Shown: one piece after another, positions 53,101 through 64,000 of the stretch
Layout: every line of letters starts with the position of its first letter
How positions within the stretch are numbered: position 1 is the stretch's first letter
NCBI GenBank assembly: GCA_951804945.1
Contig: OX638149.1
Span: forward strand, 60,884,001 to 60,948,000
From: Podarcis cretensis
Taxonomy: Eukaryota
DNA: 64,000 bases
Reading direction: 5' to 3'
Program-made: the position numbers and the translations under genes
The notes under the pieces: generated by a model
Told to the model about the DNA's origin: nothing
The model's input: only the letters and a program-made list of their open reading frames with translations
Databases searched by the model: none

Positions 53101-54138
53101 AAGGCAGTTTATCTGTGTCTTCAGGAGACTGGAGAATAGTTAGAAAAGATGGGTGCACAGCTTCTGAGATTTCAGAAAGCATCACCCATACCTTTAAACA
53201 TGCCTTTAAAAGATAGGTACCTGCTTCTTATTTAAAATGAAAACTTTGACTCTCAGGAACCTGAATTCTTTACCCATTACCACATTCTGAGTTACCATAT
53301 TTCTGTACTTCCCCTGCATTGCAGCATATATATATGGCCTATAGAGGCACTTCCTTCTTGATGGGACCTATGCTGGGTTAGGGAATAAAAGAATAAGTCT
53401 CTTTCCAGTTCGTGTTAGCTTTGGATGTGTTCAGTCATTATTGATTCCATCCCTTTAAAAAAAAATTGCAGAAAATTTGCATTTTGATTGTAGTCACTTC
53501 CCCTAAACTTGACCAATAATATGCATTCTTGTATAATTTCCTCCTAAACCATGCATTTCCCTATACGTTTCTTTGAGCTGAGACATACATGACACAATCT
53601 GAAGAATAACTGTACTGTATTCCAGTTTGCATAGTAGATCAGGATGTTTGAATTAGTTGGTTTGCTCTCAATGGGGGATTCCACTTTCCATATTTAGCAA
53701 TGAGGTAGGAATTGTATCCAATAACTATTGATAAAGAGTCTGATAAAATATTCAGGCTTTCTCCAGCCAAGTTAAGAACATTTGCCTGGTATTGAATCAC
53801 CCAAACATAAGTAGCTGTAGTCGAGAAGTTCTCATAGATGAAGCAGTGCCCTACAGAGCAGCTATCATGCTTGAAATACACTGAATAGGGACAGTGACAA
53901 TTGCATAAATGACAGACCAACAGAAGCATTTATGGAAGCAACAAGGATTTCCACCAGCAGTCTTTGTATTAGAGATGAGCCTATCAATGAAGTAAGAATA
54001 ATGTGGGGGCACAGCATTGTGTGTGCATTTTAAAATATCTGTTCTGTTTTCTTGCAGGCAGTCCTCAACTATCATTTCGCTGACACGGGTCAAATGCATG
54101 ACAGGATCTGAACCAATAAGGGTAGTATTTGATTGTCA

Positions 54139-54282
54139 GCTGGGATAGCTCAGTCGATAGAGCATGAGACTCTTAATCACAACGTCATAGGTTTGAGCCC
54201 CATGTTGGGCAAAAGATTCCTGCAGGGGGCTGGACTAGATGACCCTTGTGGTCCCTTCCAACAGTTCTATGATTCTACGATT
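54139..54282 (+). mobile_element. tRNA-Lys(CTT)-derived SINE with a CR1 3' tail
   Basis: 54139-54211 aligns by eye to tRNA-Lys-CTT (tagctcagtc..tagagcatgagactcttaatc...gagccccatgttgggc) with stem-breaking mismatches, directly followed by ggactagatgacc...ttctatgattcta. Confidence 0.85.
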
Positions 54283-57200
54283 TAGGTCCATTAATTTCAA
54301 TGGGTCTACTAGGAGTAAAATTGAGTTGACTGTCACCCGATGTTTGCGTGAGCATGGTTACAGGCTGTTCCCTCAGGCCCTAGTTGTAGGAGGCAGACTC
54401 TGGCAACCAGGCCCAAAATAAAATGAGACTTGTATTGGAAAATATTTTCCATCCATATGATACATCATGCCCAGAATAATTCCAGTTTGTGAACAGACAT
54501 TTCTGCCTTCTATTTCCCCCCCATGTGAGCAAGTTTATAGCCATACCAAAAAAAAGCCATTATCAATATTTATGGTCTTGTGCTATTCAACTCTGCTGCA
54601 ACCGACACAGCTGGAAGGATGAACGTCCTTCACAGCATAGTTACAGAATCCAAAACCTGCCTAATATGAACTGGGTTAACAGCACACTTGGGCAACAGGT
54701 GTTGTTGCTGCCCCAGCAAGCTGGGGTAGTGGATTAGCCAACCCCCATCAGGCCAGGAGGGTCTGCAGCCCAAAATCTAAAGCAAACAAAGCAGGTGCTC
54801 TCCTTGTCGATCCAGCCAGAGGCCCGATTGAATTACCTTTCGAAAGAATGGCTTTGCCTCTTTCATGAAATTCAATTACGAAAAGAGAGAGGTGGCACCT
54901 TCTGTGATGTGATGGAGTCGAAAGGACAATCTGCTCTTCTTGTGGCCTCCTTCTGTTGGCTACTTTGATCTGAGTTTTATTGTCTGGGTTTAACACCTTC
55001 ACCTTTAATTCCAAACAGAGAAGGTCTTTAGAGCCGTTTTTCTATAGCAAGGATTGTTCAGGCCTTTTTAATAGGAACCCTCAATTATCCAGGAAGCCAG
55101 AAACTAAATACACATAGGTTTGGTGAAATATAAGATTATTCTCACCAGTATTAAAACAGGTAGGAGAGGCCACATTAAAGACTCGGGTTTTACTTTCTAA
55201 GACCATTGCTTAATAAAAAGCGCACTGGCAACAGCTCAGCAGCACATTAGGGCTGGAACCGGTTCAACCCAAAATGCAGAAAGGAGATGTAACTGAGTAA
55301 AATAATACAGGTTAGACAGGCTCTCCTGCTCACCTCAATGAGATCTTTATTGTAAAGAGCTACCACCATATTGACATGACCCAAGGCCGTGGCAGTTCAA
55401 CACTATAGTGTTACAGATTTGCATCACAAATCTCCGTGGAACAAAACCACACTCCTCTGCTGGATAGAAATGCAACCCAAGCTGCCAGGACCCAATCCTG
55501 CACTACAGTTCTCACGTACATTTCAGGACCAGAAAGAGAACAGCCATCTAGCCAAGCTTCCACGCTGACAAACGAAAAAAGAGGGGGCGATTCCATTTGT
55601 TTATTCTTTCACTAGACAAAATATCTCTTTTAGGAAGTCAACTTGTCTGTCTTCTAGACTGTAACAATTTAACATATTTCCTTTCTTTCTTATTCCAACT
55701 GTCAGCTGGCGCTAGCCTCTTAAGGTTTCATGAATAAGATTGTCGTGTGTGTGTCCCCCCCCCATATGTTTTCTAGACGTTTCTGTTTTAGCTGTAAGCC
55801 ACCATGAGTCCCTGTCAGGGGAAAAGGCAGGATATAAATAAATAAATATTTAAATAAATAAATAACATTCCTAGGTTCCTTTCTTTGGCCATACCTGATT
55901 GCTGGTTCACTAGTTTCCCATTTTCTAGTAGTTGGGAGTCCAAGATGATGAAAGAGAAAATGGAAATTGTGATTAACAGGTCTACTTTTGCAGAATTATA
56001 GGATACCGGTATCTGTCTTGCAGTCAATTTCAGATGTGTAGTCATCTTGGGAAATGCATGGATGCCTGCATGACTGCTATGAATTGGGACCTTTGGTATA
56101 TTAAGAAAAACAGAAAATGCAGAAACACTACACACCACTGGTATGTCAGCCTGACATACACACAGGTTGGAGATGTCATCTTTTGCACTAGATTCTATCC
56201 CCATGGTTGAACTTGTTCTGTTCTACCAGATGACAGTGGGGTAGACAGTGAAAAGAGCAATGTTGGTACAAGATGATACCTATGCACATTTACTTTTGAG
56301 TCAGCATAACTGAGCTTAATGACCCTTGTTTCTGAGTAGATGAGGAGTCAAATCAAATCAAATCTTTATTACAGTCATAGACCAGCATAAGTAGATGGGG
56401 AGATTATGATAAAAAACTGATAATGATTTTCAAGCTTTTTCTACAGGGCATGAGGATGGATCTGTTGGAGGTTCCATTCCACTTTTTGTTGCAGATATGT
56501 GGGATTGTTACATGTCACATGTCTGTTTACATTCTAGCACAGACTGCTGGGTCCCGTGAGCGGAACTTCCGCTCTGTGTATTGCTTTTGTTTTTAGTCTC
56601 TCTCCGAGAAGACAACAAGGAGAGACGACATGTTTCTTTGTTCTGATTTATGTAAAATAAATCCTTAGTTTTAGTATGTATCTACAGCCTCAAGCCTCTT
56701 CTGTTGTGCAGTTTACTGTGCTAAGTAAAGTGTGCTCAAGTGAGCAAGCTTGAGTCGCTGATTTACGTCGGAGCCAGAGGTCGATGAATCTCAGCAGTGC
56801 GAAGGCTGAGAGGGAGACGATCTAGCTGGAGCCAATCAGATGCCCCCAGATGCCAACAGGATCATGTTGAATAAACAAGATGAGAAGTGTCTATGCTGGA
56901 GGGGCTCACAACATTAACACCCCAGAAGGCCTTGTTTCTCCCATAGCCACAGCCTTGGATTCAAACAAAAATCAAACATCTCTCTCTCTCTCTCTACGGC
57001 TTGCTGCTTTTCTTCATTTGTTTCAATGGGTCTACTTTGTGACTACAACTTATAACACCTGCATGCAGATTGCATACAAAACTATAAAACCATATTGTTT
57101 CCTTAGGCAGCAATATTGTACCCATTACAACAGAGACATACTTTCAAGTATACATGGCTGACAAAGGGAGGGGGTTCTCTTTGAATACATTTTGTTTTGT

Positions 57201-57349
57201 TATCTGCAAATCTAACATTAACATGAATCTTTTCAAGGCCTTGAACTGTCATTTCTTGTACAGTTCATCAGTTCCCTCCTGGTAAAAGTAACAACACTCA
57301 TCCTCGTCAGACTCTGTTGTGTTGAGTAGTTTTCTGTGCATTAGATATA

Positions 57350-57544
57350 CAGTGGTACCTCGGGTTAAGAACTTAATTCGTTCTGGAGGTTCGTTCTTAA
57401 CCTGAGGTACCACTTTACCTAATGGGGCCTCCCTCCGCCACTGTGCAATTTCTGTTCTCATCCTGAAGCAAAGTTCTTAACCTGAGGTACTATTTCTGGG
57501 TTAGCGGATATAACCTGAAGCATCTGTTACCCAAGGTACCACTG
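57350..57544. mobile_element. Tc1/mariner MITE, family A (shorter copy)
   Basis: TA|cagtggtacctcgggtta...tacccaaggtaccactg|CA. Confidence 0.9.
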
Positions 57545-57616
57545 CACAGTAAATAACTGCACTGGTCTGACATTATCAAAGTCATTCCCCAATGAGAGCC
57601 CATGCGATATAGACTA

Positions 57617-57790
57617 GGACACAGGAAGCTGCCTTATACCAAATCAGCATATTGGTCCATCTAGCTCAGTACTGTCTGTACTCATTGGCTATGGCTTTCC
57701 AGGGTTTCAGGTAGCACACATTTTCAACTCTGACTAGAGGCATTGAACCTTGAACCTTTCAGATGCAACGCAGGAGCTCAGTATGCCCTT
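57617..57790 (-). mobile_element. Degraded copy of the same tRNA SINE
   Basis: aggaagctgccttatacc...ggtccatctagctcagtactgtc...attgaacct. Confidence 0.6.
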
Positions 57791-58816
57791 CACCACACTG
57801 GGAAAGCCTTGCTTCCATTCCCTGATCAGCAATAAAACTCACTGAGTGACTCTCTCTCAGCCTAACTTACCTCAAAGGATGTTTTAAGGATATAGTTGAT
57901 TTGGCAAGCAGGGGAAGAGATGGTACCCTGATTTCCATGGAGGAAACACAGGAGAAAAAATGAATGAGCAAATATTACTGTGTTGCTTGCTTGTGTAATC
58001 CGACTCATAAGGCAGGAATTTAAGCAAAAATGTGGCAACACCAGTTGAACTAAACAATGCACGAATAAGAGGTTGACAGTAACCCACCTCAGATAAAACT
58101 GCCCCCAAAAATCTAGATGCTCAAAATGTTCAGAAAACCAGAGGACAGCTTAATATTTCAGACAGCCCAATTTCAAACAAGCAGTCACACACACAAAATA
58201 AATGGGAGGATTCCAGTTGTTTCAAAAATATTTTACTATATTAACAAGTAATTACATTCAAATTCTTGTGCTCTCAGTAATGGACTTGCATTGATACACT
58301 TAATTTTTAATGCATTTTTAAAAATCACAAAATACACAATCCTAGTGGTTTTTCTATAAAAGATCCCAGAGCATGAATAAAAGGTATGTTGCATTGATAT
58401 ATTGGGCACATTGTACTGGTCAAATGGCACTATTTTATTTTATTGAAAGTTGCATAAGAGGAACTTTTTGGGAGCCCCAACTGGTGTTAAGAGTATAGAA
58501 AAATGCCCATTTTACTTGTAATTTGAAAAGGTGAAAAATTACAGAGACATACTGTTCACAACTAAAGGTGAAACTAAGTTAAGACATGCCCTAGCCATTA
58601 TTAGATGGAGAAACATCAAAAAAAAGTCCCAAAGTTCCCATGAGTGTATTATAAATGAAGAACCAGGTACATTAATCTGGCATGTCACAGAGACAGCTAT
58701 GGTATGTTCGTTATTCCCAATGCGCTAGCCTTGTACACACAGGCGTATTTTTATTTTATTTTTGTATGAGGGGAACATTCAGAACTGCAATCCTTTATGT
58801 GCAGTCTGAAGTGGTG

Positions 58817-59116
58817 CAGTGCCGGATGTACATATAAGCTAAGCAAGCTATAGCTTAGGGGCCCACTATCTTGGGGGCCGCCCCCAAAAAATGTAAAGGG
58901 AAAATGTACTGGATGTACTGGATCAAAAACTTTGATAAAATACATTTGTTATGTGCAAATGACTTTAGATACCTATTAGGTCCATAAATTACCATATAGC
59001 ATATATTCAAAACAAAAAACAGCGGAATTTTGTTGTTGACAAAGGACAGCTGGACATATAATGGGCCCCATTACCTTCAGTAGCTTAGGGCCTCATCAAA
59101 CCTAAATCCAGCCCTG
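58817..59116. mobile_element. hAT-like non-autonomous element
   Basis: Imperfect termini cagtgccggatgta / taaatccagccctg and internal tagcttaggg repeats. No clear TSD. Confidence 0.55.
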
Positions 59117-60151
59117 GCTGGAAGTATTCTACCATATGACTGTACTGAACATGTATGTTGCCCTGAAAGAGTTCTACTGATGCTAAGACAGGAATAATCC
59201 CAGGGCTGGTATAATGGCGCATACATATGAAATTGCTACAAAGAGATCACTACTCATTGCTTCTTTTTTACAATTCCATTTGCTTGTCAACTGCAAAGAT
59301 TGGAACTGTTTTCCTGAGGAATGAACGTGGTGTGCCAGTTTCCCTAATTTGTGCAGCAGGTTACTCAACACATTCTGATTTCCCTGTCCAATTTTCTGTA
59401 CACCTCCCCCCGCCCTCCAGGTTGTGGTTTGGGGACAGGTGGCACCTCTCAGGGGTCTGGCACTGGACCTCCAAGTTACTAAACCCTCAAAGCTATGCAC
59501 AGCATGTCTAAAGAGGAAAAAGGATCCCAGCAGACAGTTTAAAGAAATTAAAAATTCAGGATTGCAATGGCCAAGAGGTTATTGGTTTAGAACTGCTTAT
59601 GAATCTAGAATCTACTTGCTAGATGAAATTCACAAGGAGAATGGGGAAAAGGGGGCAGAGCGTGCCTTATGATGGAAATAACAGAAAGGGGCTATTTAAT
59701 AGCTCTTGCTGACTAAATGAATCACAGGAATGGATATCAGAAGCAATGTGTCATAACACAGAACTCCTTAACCGGCAGGGATAGTCTCCATAACATCTGC
59801 GGTCTGTATCATGGTGTAATGAACTACTTTTACTTCTAAAACTGTATTTTTAGGACTCTTTCAAGGACTCGCATCCCAAGGTATTGCACACATGCTGTGA
59901 TGGAACCACAGCTCATTCCTGCACAAAAGAATTTTGTCTAAATGCCCAAGAAAGATATTTAGACTACTACTACTACTACAATTAAAAGCACTGAGATTTT
60001 CCTACTGTAATTCTCATTTTTTTTTTAAATTTGATGGCACAACAGCCTCAAATTCTCATTTTACTAATATAAAATGGATGTTGGTTTCACCTTTGTCTAA
60101 TGGGATTCAACACCAACGCAATAGTCCAAATACCAAAGGCTGTCTAGAAGT

Positions 60152-60157
60152 TTTATT
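60152..60157 (-). terminator. Candidate TPCN2 polyadenylation signal (AATAAA), implying a 3'UTR of about 1.6 kb
   Basis: First canonical AATAAA I found on the minus strand after the stop, followed by GU-rich ctttggtatttgg...gcgttggtgttg. An alternative ATTAAA lies at 61462-61457. Confidence 0.45.
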
Positions 60158-61705
60158 TCACACTGCCAATAACTTCAGAGTCTACACTTGAAACATGGCT
60201 TTAAGCACCAGTCTTCGTAAGCATGGCAATGTATGGAAGTTATAGCTCCATGCAACCTCAAGATCCCATATGTAACGTTCTAGCAAAAAACCAAACCCCT
60301 GAGAAACAAAAGGATGCTAATGGGAATAGCCAGAACTATGGCAGGGTAGTACAATTAGGAATGAAACATGCACTCGGCAGTCTAACAATTTTATGAATGT
60401 GTAAAAGCAAAACCCCTAAGAGCAAAGGGGTGCTCCCTCTCATCTTCTACTTGCCATATACAAACCATAGTGGTCCTAATCCAGATGCAGTCATGTTCCA
60501 CAAGGCATTGCACATGATCAGATAGCGGCCTAAATGAGGCTGTGTGTTCTCCTCCATGCTGCAAGAAAGAGGTGGCTCCTCCTAAAAACCTGGTGAGCAT
60601 CAAATTTGCCCACAGGTTTCCCAAACCAAGACATGGCATATGTGCACAGAAGCCTGCTTCAATGCACATGTCTCCCTTATTGCAACAAGGCATATAAATA
60701 TATATATCTGTATATCAACAACAACAAGGAGGCACAGTCCATCATGCTCAACTATTGTGAAACTGCCAATCCATTTAATAAGGCATGTGTGGGAATTTAA
60801 AATAGGGAGAGCAGGTCTGCGGTTCTCACTGCGCTTCAGTGTAAACCCAGCAACAGGTACAACTGAGTGCAATTGCTATGAAGATGCTGTACTGGCACTG
60901 CATTATTCTTCATTCTAACCTAGGTAGTATATACACTTTACCGTTAAAGCACATTCAAAGCATATTTTCCTCTCAAAGAATTCTGGGCTCTATAGTTCAT
61001 TCATTGATGATAGGAAATGCAGTTCTCTAAGGGGAAAACTACAGCACCTAGAATTTTGGAGAAGATTGCGTTTTTGATGTGCGTATACACAGTCATAGAT
61101 TTACCACTTTGGAGCAGGTGATATTGGAAAAGAATTCCCAGGATAATGGCGTCTTGTTTCAATCCTCACGCTTTTGCATTAAATATTTACTTTTTTAAAA
61201 GAAAAAAAGATGCTATTTTCCAAGAACTTTCCCCGTTATCAAAGGCATTGTCCGTGGCATATCACACACACAAAAATAACAGAAAAAGTCCAACTTACAG
61301 AGTTTATGTTTTTAAATGCTAGCAGCAAGCCAGCATAGTAGTTCTACATCTTCCACAGTTTCCATTCTAAAGTGCAGTGTCATTAATGCATTTCCCTTCT
61401 TTAAAAGACTTAATTGCTCTGTCACATTATTTCCCAGATTTTTAAAGTTCTGTATTTTTAATGTGACAGTGCCATAAGCTTATAAAAGTCAACTTAAAAT
61501 AAAGTCAAATTAGGATTTTTTTAAAAAAAAATGTTTTAAATGAACCGTTTAAAACAAACCTTTAAAGACCATGTACTACAGGCACCATTCAAAAATAAAA
61601 TCAAAGATATAGAGTACTTCTTTCAGAAAGATTCCCGATATCTTTCCTTCTGCTACAAAACCTGCATGCAGGCATGACGAGGAGAAACTGCTGCTTCCAC
61701 CTGTG

Positions 61706-61784
61706 TCATCTACATAGATGCATATGTGGGTGCTGGTGAAGTTTTTCAATTAGCTCTTCTTCTGTAGGTTCTTCCAAAACATCC
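61706..61784 (-). CDS. TPCN2: TPCN2 last coding exon: (R)DVLEEPTEEELIEKLHQHPHMHLCR*
   Basis: Acceptor tgttttgtccttctag, phase consistent with the upstream exon, TGA at 61708-61706. Matches recalled human C-terminus [25 protein letters not shown]. Confidence 0.96.
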
Positions 61785-61872
61785 CTAGAAGGACAAAACA
61801 GGAGCCATTAGAAGTCAACAGAGCTAATGTCTCAGTGCAGATTTTGCACACCTTTATGTACTCTAGATATGA

Positions 61873-62225
61873 GGGATGTGGGGGGCGCTGTGGTCTAAAC
61901 CACAGAGCCTAGGGCTTGCCGATCAAAAGGTTGGCGGTTCGAATCCCCGCAACGGGGTGAGCTCCCGTTGCTTGGTCCCTGCTCCTGCCAGCCTCGCAGT
62001 TCAAAAGCACGTCAAAGTGCAAGTAGATAAATAGGTACTGCTCCGGCGGGAAGGTAAATGGCATTTCTGTGCGCTGCTCTGGTTCTCCAGAAGCAGCTTA
62101 GTCATGCTGGCCACATGACCCGGAAGCTGTACTCTGGCTCCCTTGGCATATAGAGTGAGATGAGCGCCGCAACCCCAGAGTTGTCCGCGACTGGACCTAA
62201 CAGTCAGGGGTCCCTTTACCTTTAC
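61873..62225 (+). mobile_element. Full-length Sauria-type SINE in the last TPCN2 intron (antisense to the gene)
   Basis: A/B boxes (ggttcgaatcc), conserved core, cctttacctttac tail, flanking duplication tactctagat on both sides. Confidence 0.93.
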
Positions 62226-62641
62226 ATACTCTAGATGCAACTTCTACAGTCGCTTGAACATTAATAACCTCTGTGGTGGCACACACTTTCTAAGTTGGTC
62301 TTCAAGGTACAGTTCACCCACAAAATGTTTTACAGTTATCCCATATGCCCTTGCAGAGAATATAAAAGAATCCAACATCAAAAGGGGATTCACTCTCTTT
62401 CAATCAGGGAAAATAAAATAATACATCTTTCTAAAATCTGGTACCACACTGTGTCTTGACCATACTGTGTCTATAAGGTTGGTCCCTATTGAATATTCTG
62501 ATCTTTAATAGAGTTAAGAAACAATCACTTGTGGAACACAAATTTCGTAGCCCTTAGGGAAATTCTAGTGTCAACAGCCATTCAACTACTCCTTAAAACA
62601 TGTTTTAAATCAGGAAATAAGATTAAGCACTCCATACTCAC

Positions 62642-62727
62642 CGGAACATGAGTTCCATTGTCATCTGGTATTCAACTTCTGAAAGAGATGGTCGATGGCA
62701 GAGACGGTCCCATTTATGGATAAAATT
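62642..62727 (-). CDS. TPCN2: TPCN2 penultimate coding exon: NFIHKWDRLCHRPSLSEVEYQMTMELMF(R)
   Basis: Acceptor ttctttctcttcactggcag, 86-nt exon (28 codons + 2 nt), donor CCG|gtgagt. Phase 0 start fits the upstream exon. Matches recalled human NFLHKWD...YQMTVELLFR. Confidence 0.96.
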
Positions 62728-63149
62728 CTGCCAGTGAAGAGAAAGAATGGGAAGAGGGCTATTTCGGGTGGTCTTTCTGAGAGGTTCTCATCTCCACACC
62801 CACCAGGCAAGCATGACTCTACTCATGGAAGCAACCATTCATGGAAGCCTAGCTGTATGCCTCATAAAAGTGAGGTGCACCAGGAGCAGTGGAAATCTGC
62901 TTTCCCAGATTTCATGGAAGTTGGTGGTGAAACTTCCATGACTTACCTGCCCCTAATCACCACAGCAGCCTTTCCGTGCTGAGTAAAAGACAGACAATTT
63001 GAACCCGCTCTAAGTCTCAGGATGTAAGGTGGCCCAGGCAAGGACAAGGCTTTTGAAATAAGTCTAGATGTTGTTTGGGAGAGGTACTATAGGGCTAGAC
63101 AGATATGTCTAAATGGCTATCAGAAAAATAAAATAAAATAAATGTTTTC

Positions 63150-63670
63150 ATTGTATTTGGGTGTCAAGTCATTTAAGGCTTTGTACACTGGTTCTAACAC
63201 TTTGGGCCTAGTAGTTCATGTGAAGGCAATGCAGTTCCCTGAGGAAGGGGGTGGTATATTTCTTACCATATCGTACAGCAAGTGGGCAGCAGTGTTCTGC
63301 ACTAACTGCAGCTTCAGGGCCATCTTCAATAGTAGTCCCATGTAGAGGGAATGGCAGTAATCCATCCAGGAACATGGGTCACTGAGGCCCACTAAGGCCT
63401 CTTGGTCTAGAAATAACCACAGCCAGTGAACCAGCTTTATCTGGGTATATGTGACATTCCTTGCTTAGAATTGAGGAGCAGCCCTAAGCTACATATCTGC
63501 TTTCTCAGGTGATTTGTTACCCTGTCCAGAACAATGGGCAGGGTAACAAATCACCTGAGCTCTAAGGACCAACAGGGCCTCCTTCTTGTCAGGCTCCAGT
63601 TTCAGTTTACTGACCCTCACCCAGCCTGTTGCTGCCTTCGGACACCGGTTCAGCAACTGAACAGCCCTTT
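63150..63670 (-). mobile_element. Old L2 RT remnant inside a TPCN2 intron
   Basis: Minus strand near 63640-63660 reads CADDAQL, a decayed YADDTQL. The flanks gcagtaatcc and ctgcactaactgcagctt are typical of L2 ORF2. Confidence 0.65.
63504..63559. repeat. 25-bp inverted repeat with a 6-nt loop
   Basis: ctcaggtgatttgttaccctgtcca-gaacaa-tgggcagggtaacaaatcacctgag, one mismatch. Confidence 0.95.
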
Positions 63671-63800
63671 CTGATTCAGGTGGAATGGAGAGAAAGAGCT
63701 GGGCGTCATCCGCACACGGACAACATTGTGTTCCAAATACTGCCTGTACGATAGCATAGCTTGCCTATTCCATTTATCCATCAGAGGGTTTGCTACTTCA

Positions 63801-63959
<159 letters not shown>

Positions 63960-64000
63960 TTAAAGATAATCAAATAGCACCTATTATTCCAAATGAATGG

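Noticed and set aside
54139-54211. Functional tRNA-Lys gene
   Set aside because: Stem and B-box mismatches, no oligo-T terminator, and direct fusion to a CR1 tail.
62949-62980. Apparent 32-nt minus-strand exon (cag|CACGG...GCAG|gtaagt) in a TPCN2 intron
   Set aside because: Including it would frameshift TPC2, and the flanking exons already join in frame and match the known protein. It could at most be a cryptic or poison exon, with no evidence.

Overview
Vertebrate genomic DNA, most likely a squamate (lacertid-like) lizard, inferred from Sauria-type SINEs, young CR1/L2 LINEs, Tc1/mariner and hAT MITEs and a Penelope-like insertion. Two protein-coding genes are supported, both on the minus strand and both absent from the supplied ORF track. 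(1) The last three coding exons of TPCN2 (two-pore channel 2) at 63933-63852, 62727-62642 and 61784-61706 splice in frame to ...[81 protein letters not shown]. (2) A 43-aa single-pass membrane microprotein at 19688-19557 (MGSGPLMILVVVIILTRFILWSCFSAYLDYKLSRRFPEKRKDS*), which I recognise as SMIM38. It lies about 42 kb downstream of TPCN2, as in the human TPCN2-SMIM38-(MYEOV)-CCND1 interval, and ends in a KxKxx motif. The rest is gene-poor: repeats and microsatellites alternate with TE-poor blocks that look like enhancers. The only long ORF (14002-15468) is the reverse transcriptase of a 5'-truncated CR1. Gene and repeat family names come from recall, not from database searches.
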